Source: Candidatus Kuenenia stuttgartensis (GTDB lineage: Bacteria; Planctomycetota; Brocadiia; Brocadiales; Brocadiaceae). Taken from it: a stretch of DNA of 32,000 bases. The notes under the pieces are model-generated. The model saw only the letters and a program-made list of their open reading frames with translations. It was not told the DNA's origin and made no database searches. The stretch covers positions 2,370,001-2,402,000 of the forward strand of contig NZ_LT934425.1 of assembly GCF_900232105.1 (NCBI RefSeq), read 5' to 3'. How positions within the stretch are numbered: the first letter of the stretch is position 1; each line of letters begins with the position of its first letter. Positions 8,795 to 15,640 of this stretch are shown piece by piece. Made by a program: the position numbers and the translations under genes.

Positions 8795-10442
8795 ATAGTA
8801 GTATCCTCGTAAATAGTAATCAGACAATTTGGAGGACACTACTTATGAATAAGTTGATGGAATTATATCGAGACAGGATCGTGGGTGCAATAAGCGGTCT
8901 GGACAGGATTCGTTTTCGCGGGACATTGCGGTGGTTGGCCAGTGAGCGTGGGATGGGAACATTCATGAACCAAGCGAGAATTCTGCTTAAGGATTTTTCC
9001 GGTTGGGTCAATGGGCTTACGGCACAGGTGCGAGACAGTTGTGAATCGCGGGCGAAAGATTTGGGTATCGAGGTGCGGTATTTGATGAGCAGCGGTGTTG
9101 ATAAGGAGAAGTTGGCTCGCCAGATCGCGGCGGATAAGAGGATTACGGAAGGTTCCATCTGCCTGTTGAGTGTGGTAGAGCCTTGTATTGCGCCGATGGT
9201 CAAGGGCAACAAGGCCAGCAAGAAGCTCGAGTTGGTAATGGCGCCCCGCAAGTGTGTCTTTGTGTATCATTATTTTAATGATCCAGTGTTTGGTTTTGGT
9301 CATGTTCGTATCCAGAGTTGGGCGCCGTTTAATATTTTCATTTGTCTCAATGGTCGTCATTGGCTGGAGCGGCAACTTCAGAAGCAAGGTATTGATTATG
9401 TTAAGGACGGCAACTGTTTTGTGCGTATAGAGGATATTGCGGCTGCGCAGGTTCTGCTCCATGAGCAGCTTAAGACTGACTGGGCGAAGCTGCTGAACGG
9501 GCTTGCGTTGGGCAGTTGCCCGGCATTGTCGCAGATTCTTCGTCCGTTGGAACCGGAGTATTACTGGTCTGCGGATGAGACGGAGTGGGCGACGGACATC
9601 ATGTTTAAATCGGTTGAGGCATTGGAGGAGTTGTTTCCATCGTTTGTTCATCATGCGATGCGGGTTTGCGACAGTTCTTCGGTGATGAAGTATTTGGGTA
9701 GGCGTAACCTTGCAGGCGCTGCCCCTGATGAGGTTATCAGCGACTATCGAAGACGCTATGAAGGTATACGGGTCAAGCACAGTGTGAATTATAATTCAGT
9801 GAAGATGTATAACAAGAGCGGTAGTCTCTTGCGTATTGAGACAACGATCAATAATACGCGGGACTTTAAGGTCTTTCGGAGTCCCAATGATGATGAAGGC
9901 AAACCGGCGTCATGGCAGAAGATGCGTAAGGGCGTAAGCGATCTTCATCGACGGTGTGAGGTGAGCCAACAATGCAATGATCGTTATGGGGATGCTTTGG
10001 CGGCGGCTCAGGTAGAGGAGAAACTGAAAGAAGTGGTGAGCAGCGCTTGTAACAAGGTTGTCAAAGAGGGCAAGAGGTATCGAGGTTTGAATCCCTGGCA
10101 GCAGGATGATTACCAGATGCTGATGTTCCTGTCCAAAGGCGAAAACGCGATAAATGGATTCCGCAACCATGATTTGCGTAAGTGGCTTTACCGGGAATCC
10201 GAACAATCCGGCAAGGATCAGCAAAAGAAATATTCCGGACGAACGACCCGACGGATAAAGATGCTGCGGGCACACGGTCTAATCCGCAAAGTTCCGAGGG
10301 CCAACCGCTATGTTTTGACGGAGAAAGGCCAGAAGTTCTCTTGTTCACTGATGACCGCTTCAGCCCTTGATATTAAAGCACTTACGGAAATGGCGGCATG
10401 AAAAACACGCATAAAAAACAAGAAATTGATGGATAGTAGTAT
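8795..10442 (+). mobile_element. Candidate insertion element carrying the 518-aa gene, bounded by 10-bp direct repeats ATAGTAGTAT
   Basis: ATAGTAGTAT at 8795-8804 and 10433-10442. RAYT remnants lie on both sides (up to about 8750 and from 10456). No clear long TIRs. Confidence 0.5.
8845..10401 (+). CDS. Uncharacterised 518-aa protein with C-terminal winged-helix-like segment; candidate mobile-element protein
   Basis: Long intact ORF with RBS GGAGG at 8831-8835. C-terminus TTRRIKMLRAHGLIRKVPRANRYVLTEKGQK resembles a winged helix. The gene sits between the N-part and C-part of one RAYT gene. Confidence 0.8.
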   Translation: MNKLMELYRDRIVGAISGLDRIRFRGTLRWLASERGMGTFMNQARILLKDFSGWVNGLTAQVRDSCESRAKDLGIEVRYLMSSGVDKEKLARQIAADKRITEGSICLLSVVEPCIAPMVKGNKASKKLELVMAPRKCVFVYHYFNDPVFGFGHVRIQSWAPFNIFICLNGRHWLERQLQKQGIDYVKDGNCFVRIEDIAAAQVLLHEQLKTDWAKLLNGLALGSCPALSQILRPLEPEYYWSADETEWATDIMFKSVEALEELFPSFVHHAMRVCDSSSVMKYLGRRNLAGAAPDEVISDYRRRYEGIRVKHSVNYNSVKMYNKSGSLLRIETTINNTRDFKVFRSPNDDEGKPASWQKMRKGVSDLHRRCEVSQQCNDRYGDALAAAQVEEKLKEVVSSACNKVVKEGKRYRGLNPWQQDDYQMLMFLSKGENAINGFRNHDLRKWLYRESEQSGKDQQKKYSGRTTRRIKMLRAHGLIRKVPRANRYVLTEKGQKFSCSLMTASALDIKALTEMAA

Positions 10443-10455
10443 AAAGAGATGTTAA

Positions 10456-10560
10456 ATGACAGGAAGACCGTATGGTAATGATGGCTTTATGAAAAAACTT
10501 GAAACATTATTTGGAAGAAGGTTAAGGAATCTTCCGTGGGGAAGATCAGGCAAAACCAAT
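10456..10560 (+). pseudogene. RAYT C-terminal remnant
   Basis: MTGRPYGNDGFMKKLETLFGRRLRNLPWGRSGK matches the typical RAYT C-terminus (TGRPLG...F...LE...GR.L.....G). Confidence 0.8.
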
Positions 10561-10609
10561 AAATATTCGATGTTCCTGTTTCCTGTGGTAGTTAGGCGGA
10601 ATAATATAA

Positions 10610-10786
10610 ATGAAATACACACAATACTTTCTCTACACACGCCAAAGACCTGACAGGGCATATATAAAAGATGAATGGATTGGTTTCACTATCAAGAATC
10701 CTGTTCAAACTCAAATACAATCCGATGGGCGAATAAGAAAATGGGCAAAAATTAAAGGTGTAAGTTATGAAAATAAAATATTTTAA
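10610..10786 (+). pseudogene. Truncated DUF4258-like (toxin-like) protein overlapping the DUF2283 gene
   Basis: 58-aa frame MKYTQYFLYTRQRPDRAYIKDEWIGFTIKNPVQTQIQSDGRIRKWAKIKGVSYENKIF*, which stops before the usual LRVV...HNAFFDR end. Below the ORF-track size cutoff. Confidence 0.6.
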
Positions 10787-10976
10787 TGATACGGACACGG
10801 CTCTGCTGGAATTTACAGAAAAGCAGGTAAAAGAAACACGAGAGATATCAGAGAATATATATATCGACATTGATGAAAATGGCAATCTTGTTAGCATGAC
10901 AATTGAACATGCGAAAACAACAGCGCATCTGCCAGACATATCCTACCAACAAATAGAGAAAAAAGTTGTCGCATAA
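10767..10976 (+). CDS. DUF2283 family small protein
   Basis: MKIKYFNDTDTALLEFTEKQVKETREISENIYIDIDENGNLVSMTIEHAKTTAHLPD matches the DUF2283 pattern. Confidence 0.8.
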   Translation: MKIKYFNDTDTALLEFTEKQVKETREISENIYIDIDENGNLVSMTIEHAKTTAHLPDISYQQIEKKVVA

Positions 10977-10991
10977 AAAGAAGGGAAAATA

Positions 10992-11308
10992 GGGACAGCG
11001 GCTATTTATCATTACCAAGTCAAGGCAAAATGGTTATATGTGTATTTTATACCACGAATTGCAAGAACGGTAGCCTCCGGTTATCCACATCATGTAACTC
11101 AAAGAGGAAACTATCAACAGCCAGTTTTTGAAGATGAATCAGATTTCATCCGATATCTTCAATGGCTACAGGAATACAGTACAAAATACCCCTTAAAAAT
11201 CTGGGCATATTGTCTTATGACTAAGCATGTTTGTGTCCCTGAGAAAGAGGATTCATTTGCACGCACATTTAATACGCTTCATATGAGGTACTCACAGTAT
11301 TTCAATCA
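10992..11308 (+). repeat. Dispersed direct repeat copy B (RAYT 5' region); copy A is at 8224-8549
   Basis: Same start motif GGGACAGCG and same end CAATCA as copy A, with a 9-bp internal deletion. Confidence 0.85.
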
Positions 11309-11315
11309 AATATAA
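11040..11315 (+). pseudogene. Truncated RAYT/Y1 transposase that has lost its HUH motif
   Basis: MYFIPRIARTVASGYPHHVTQRGNYQQPVFEDESDFIRYLQWLQEYSTKYPLKIWAYCLMTKHVCVPEKEDSFARTFNTLHMRYSQYFNQI*. TNHVHFVCV in copy A has become TKHVCV. Confidence 0.85.
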
Positions 11316-11611
11316 ATATAGGGACACATCCCATATTTTTCCACAAGATTAAGCAAGAAATATGGGATGTGTTCCTGATTCTCCATAATCCATGTATCCA
11401 TGGAAACATTTTTACGCATCTGCGGTGTTTTTTGCCATTTGCCCGCTACCATTTCCCCGGCGGCTGACAACCGCACCTTTTCATCAATCACATCACCAAA
11501 TGTAGTTTCCAGTGCCATTACATTACCAAACAAGAGTTTGGGAATCGGCGGAGAGAATTTGTTTAGCGGCAATTCGTGAATTCCCTCTGCATAGCAGCAG
11601 CACAAAGACAT
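11306..11611 (-). pseudogene. Degenerate Y1/REP-associated transposase fragment of a different subtype, opposite strand
   Basis: TTFGDVIDEKVRLSAAGEMVAGKWQKTPQMRKNVSMDTWIMENQEH resembles the G.V....m.LS..G..v...W...p.....v.ld..viMPNH segment of the family, with the MPNH region mutated. Confidence 0.5.
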
Positions 11612-11631
11612 TTTTAACCATTGCTGTTTTG

Positions 11632-13689
11632 CTAAAAATTAAACTGTTGCAGTGCGTCACATACAGAAAGTGGTTTCCCAAAATAATGGCCTTGCGCGTA
11701 ATCTATGCCTATTTCCTTCAGTAATTGAAATGTTTCCTTCGTTTCAACAAATTCGGCGATGGTGAGTTTTTTTAATCCGCGTGCAGCCTCTACCATTCCC
11801 TTGACCAAATGCTGATCTACAGAGTTTTGTGAAAGGTGTTGAATAAAACTGCCGTCTATTTTGAGGTAATCCACTGGCAAATGTTTCAAATAATTAAATG
11901 ATGAAAAACCGCTCCCAAAATCATCCAGGGCAAAACGACATCCTATTGACTTAAGCGTTGCGATAAAATGCTGCGCCTTTGCGATGTTCTCTATGATTGC
12001 CGTCTCTGTTATTTCAAAAATGAGCATTTCGGGACGAAGGATATTTTCCCCGATTTCCCTTTTTATTATGGACAATAGTTCATTGTCGGAAAATGCCTTG
12101 CCTGACAGGTTTATTTCAAGAAATATACCGTTTTCATGCAGTTTCAGTTCTTTTATAATGCGGATTGCGTTGACGACTACCCATCTGTCGATTTCGTGTA
12201 TAATGCCAAATCGTTCGGCGGTGCCGAGGAATTTTAAAGGTGGGACAACCTCCTGATTTTTTTCAGTCAGGCGGAGCAATACCTCATAGGCAGTAATTTT
12301 GCGGGTTTTCACATTTATTATCGGCTGCAAATACAGTGCAAAGCTATTTTGTTCCAGCGCTATTTTGATTCTGCGCTTCCAGTCGTATTGCGTCTCGATG
12401 TGTATTTTATGTTCCAGCGAGAAGATACAGCCGCGGTCTCGCCCTTCATCTTTTGCCTGATACATTGCCATATCAGCGTTGGCGAGCAGTGTTTCCGCAG
12501 TATCGCCGTGTGCGGGAAACATTGCAATGCCGATGCTGACGGTTATATGCAGTGGATTCAGACTGTCAAGCGCAAGGCAGTTTCTTGTCAACTCCACAAG
12601 TTGTTTTGAGATGTGCTGTGCCTGTTCTTCCTCGGTATTAGGCAATATCACGGCAAACTCATCCCCTCCAAGCCTGGCGAGAATGTCTGTCTGCCGCAGC
12701 CTTTCTTTCAGAATACAGGACAATTTTATCAGCAATTCATCCCCGTGCTGATGGCCAAGGGTATCATTGACATATTTGAAATTGTCCAAATCCAGAAATA
12801 AAAGTGCTCCTTTGATATGGTTTCTTTGTGCTTCCAGAAGGCGTAGTTCGAGTTCTTCCTTAAAACGCCTGCGATTAAACAGGCAGGTAAGAGGGTCGTG
12901 ATCTGCTAAAAATACAAGCTGCGATTGAGAGGTTTTTATCTCGGTAATGTCTCTGGCAATGCCTTCTATGGAAATGACGTTTTTACTGCTGTCGAATACG
13001 GGCGCTTCCTGCATCTGCAGTGTTCGTGTTGCACCGTTTTTGTGGTACATTTCAATTTCATAAGGCGGCTGCTTGATCCCCTTTACGCTCCGCGCCAGGC
13101 ATTGGGCGGCATCGTTGTTTACCAGATGATCGGTCAGATATTCGCGGTAGCGGGTGTAAAACTCTTCAGGAGTATAGCCGAGGATGTTTTTGATGGAAGG
13201 GCTGATATATGTAAAAACACCGCTGGCATCACGTGTGAAGAAGAAATAATTATCCTGAAGGCCTTCTATCAGTCTCCGGTATCTTTCTTCAGATTTATGC
13301 AGTTCCGTTTCTGTTTGTATTCTTATTTTTGCCTGCTGGATGGTGAGCAGCATGCGGTCGATATCGAGGGGTTTTACCTCGTAAGAGATCACGTCTTTTT
13401 GCTTAATAGCTTCGATTGTGCTGTCGAGCGTTGCATGGCCGGTTATGTATATGTATTGCGTGGAAGGTGAAATACTCGCTAATTTTCCGACAAGTTCTGT
13501 GCCTTTAATATCGGGAAGTTCAATATCAACAAGTGCTAAATCAAAATGCTTGTTTTGGGCGGAGAGAAGAGCGTCGCTGCCAAGAGAAACTCTTTCGGCG
13601 GCGTAGCCGTTTATCTCCAGGATGTCCCTGATGTTTTCCCCAAGCTCTTTGTTGTCATCAACGAGGAGTATGTTAAATGGTTTTGTCAT
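11632..13689 (-). CDS. Response regulator with REC-PAS-GGDEF-EAL domains (c-di-GMP turnover)
   Basis: MTKPFNILLVDDNKELG...; PAS segment; RQTDILARLGGDEFAVIL (I-site RxxD plus GGDEF); YEVLLRL, NLSGKAFSD, FEITETA, ALDDFGSGFSSFNYLKHLPVDYLKIDG (EAL). The ORF track adds 42 upstream aa; the likely start is 13689. Confidence 0.95.
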   Translation of the reverse strand: MTKPFNILLVDDNKELGENIRDILEINGYAAERVSLGSDALLSAQNKHFDLALVDIELPDIKGTELVGKLASISPSTQYIYITGHATLDSTIEAIKQKDVISYEVKPLDIDRMLLTIQQAKIRIQTETELHKSEERYRRLIEGLQDNYFFFTRDASGVFTYISPSIKNILGYTPEEFYTRYREYLTDHLVNNDAAQCLARSVKGIKQPPYEIEMYHKNGATRTLQMQEAPVFDSSKNVISIEGIARDITEIKTSQSQLVFLADHDPLTCLFNRRRFKEELELRLLEAQRNHIKGALLFLDLDNFKYVNDTLGHQHGDELLIKLSCILKERLRQTDILARLGGDEFAVILPNTEEEQAQHISKQLVELTRNCLALDSLNPLHITVSIGIAMFPAHGDTAETLLANADMAMYQAKDEGRDRGCIFSLEHKIHIETQYDWKRRIKIALEQNSFALYLQPIINVKTRKITAYEVLLRLTEKNQEVVPPLKFLGTAERFGIIHEIDRWVVVNAIRIIKELKLHENGIFLEINLSGKAFSDNELLSIIKREIGENILRPEMLIFEITETAIIENIAKAQHFIATLKSIGCRFALDDFGSGFSSFNYLKHLPVDYLKIDGSFIQHLSQNSVDQHLVKGMVEAARGLKKLTIAEFVETKETFQLLKEIGIDYAQGHYFGKPLSVCDALQQFNF

Positions 13690-13720
13690 TATATCGCATT
13701 TTCCTTCTGACTCGCCCGGG

Positions 13721-14464
13721 TCAGGTTTTTTCCTGTATAATATCCAGCAGCCTGTCAATATCCAAAGGTTTATCCAGACAAACACAGGCGTTTCTCTGCA
13801 GCGCCCTATCAACAAGGTTTCTTAATTCGTTCCGGTATCCTGTTATTAAAATCACGACAACAGAAGGGCGGATATCTCTTATGGCAAGGTAGGCGTCCAG
13901 ACCGTTCATGGTGGGTAGTTTCATATCCAGGAGTATGACGTCAAAAAGATTTTCCCGGGACATTTGCACGGCAGTGCTGCCGTCATTTGCCGTTTTTACC
14001 CTGTAGCCTTTTTCATGGAGAAGGTCTGACAGGCTTTCGCAAATATCGTTGTCATCGTCAACGACCATAATGAACGCTCCATTTTTCTGGGTGTGTTCAA
14101 TGGTTGAAAAAAGCTTTCCGAAGTTGAGAGGTTTGTGGAAAATGGCAAAAGCACCTTCCCTTAGAGCATTTACAAGAAGTCCCTCAACGGCATAAGCAGA
14201 TATCATAATTACAGGCAGCAGTGGATTAATCTGTTTGAGCGTTTTGTATGTATCAACGCCGTTCATAACGGGCATTTTTATATCCATTAAAACAAGATCA
14301 AATGGGTTTTCCTTCACTGCCTCTATTGCGTCAAATCCATCATGAACTGCGGTTGCCGAATAGCCTTTTGACTCAAAAATATCAATGCAATTCGTGCAAA
14401 AGTCTGCATTATCGTCCACGATAAGAATATGAAGTTTTTTTTCCACGGTATTTACCTGCAACAT
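13721..14464 (-). CDS. Response regulator with two tandem receiver domains
   Basis: LHILIVDDNADFC...LVLMDIKMPVMNG...MISAY...FHKPL and FIMVVDDDNDICE...VILLDMKLPTMNG...ITGY...LDKPL. Confidence 0.93.
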   Translation of the reverse strand: MLQVNTVEKKLHILIVDDNADFCTNCIDIFESKGYSATAVHDGFDAIEAVKENPFDLVLMDIKMPVMNGVDTYKTLKQINPLLPVIMISAYAVEGLLVNALREGAFAIFHKPLNFGKLFSTIEHTQKNGAFIMVVDDDNDICESLSDLLHEKGYRVKTANDGSTAVQMSRENLFDVILLDMKLPTMNGLDAYLAIRDIRPSVVVILITGYRNELRNLVDRALQRNACVCLDKPLDIDRLLDIIQEKT

Positions 14465-14513
14465 TTATTTCTCCCTTATTGAAAAACTGCTGAATGACCC
14501 ATATAGGGAATAG

Positions 14514-15623
14514 CTACGCTGTCTCTTCATATGTCACGGGCAATTGCAGAATAAAAGCCGCACCTTTCCCCTTTTCTGATTCCACTGTAATTGTTCCTCC
14601 ATGGCGTTCAATAATCATCTTGCAAATAGTCAAACCAAAGCCGATGCCTGTAGTTTTTGTGCTAAAAAGCGGTTCAAATATTCTTTCCCTGTCTTCCGGC
14701 ATAATGCCAGGCCCTGTATCCTGAATGCGTATTTCTATAAATCTGTTTTTCTCAAGAGGCTTTTCCAGACATGATATTGATAATATTCCGCATTCTTCCA
14801 TTGACTGGACGGCATTTACAATGATATTTCTGAAGACCATTTCTAATTGTCCTTTGTCTGCCTTGGCAACAAGGGTGTCTTCTATTTTCTTTTTGACGGC
14901 AATAGTTTGTGGCAGGTTCAGTGTTGTAAGCACGTTTTCAATAATAGCGTGTATCCCTGCTGTTTCCGTGTATGGTTCCTTCATTTTTGCCACATCGACT
15001 AGATTCTGTATTATCCCCGTAGCCTTTTTCACCTGCGACTTTATACGGTCGATATGCGTCTTTATTTTTTCATCAGCGTCTTTTAGTTTTAGCCCAAGAT
15101 AATACGCGGAACTGTCGATTACTCCGAGTGGGTTCTTGATTTCGTGGGCAATACTGCCGGAAACTTTGCCCAATACGGCGAGCCGTTCTGAAGAAATAAT
15201 TTCGTTTTCCATCTGTCTGTGCAAGGTAATATCGCGCCAGATACTTACAATGATGCCCTGCTCCTTCATATCCGGATTTTCTACAAGAGAGGCATTGACG
15301 CTGAAATACCTAATGCCGTCTGGGGTTGTTTTCTGAAAGCACACATCCTGGCTGAAGCCGTTCCGGCATACATTATCCGCCAGCGTCGCCCATTGCTCGC
15401 CGGCTTTACCGTCGAGCTGTTCGAGCCATACAAACAGATTTGTTTCTATTACATTTCTTAGTGTATTGCCGAACAAAGCGCAAAACACATCATTGGCTAC
15501 AATAATATTTTTCGTTGCGTCAGTGACTATTATGCCATTGTGCGTGGAACGTAAAATTGCCTCAAAGAACCGGATTGTCCGTTTCGCCGCTTCAAGTTCA
15601 TTTTTAATGAGACGGTCAGGCAT
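14514..15623 (-). CDS. PAS-domain sensor histidine kinase
   Basis: FFEAILRSTHNGIIVTDATKNIIVAN (PAS), LAVLGKVSGSIAHEIKNPLGVI (H-box), FRNIIVNAVQSM (N-box), IQDTGPGI, TGIGFGLTICKMIIERHGGTI (G-boxes). Confidence 0.93.
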   Translation of the reverse strand: MPDRLIKNELEAAKRTIRFFEAILRSTHNGIIVTDATKNIIVANDVFCALFGNTLRNVIETNLFVWLEQLDGKAGEQWATLADNVCRNGFSQDVCFQKTTPDGIRYFSVNASLVENPDMKEQGIIVSIWRDITLHRQMENEIISSERLAVLGKVSGSIAHEIKNPLGVIDSSAYYLGLKLKDADEKIKTHIDRIKSQVKKATGIIQNLVDVAKMKEPYTETAGIHAIIENVLTTLNLPQTIAVKKKIEDTLVAKADKGQLEMVFRNIIVNAVQSMEECGILSISCLEKPLEKNRFIEIRIQDTGPGIMPEDRERIFEPLFSTKTTGIGFGLTICKMIIERHGGTITVESEKGKGAAFILQLPVTYEETA

Positions 15624-15640
15624 TGTATTATGTGCTGTGG

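Noticed and set aside
8863-9780. 305-aa minus-strand ORF opposite the 518-aa gene
   Set aside because: Antisense shadow. Its composition follows the plus-strand codons and it has no recognisable domain.
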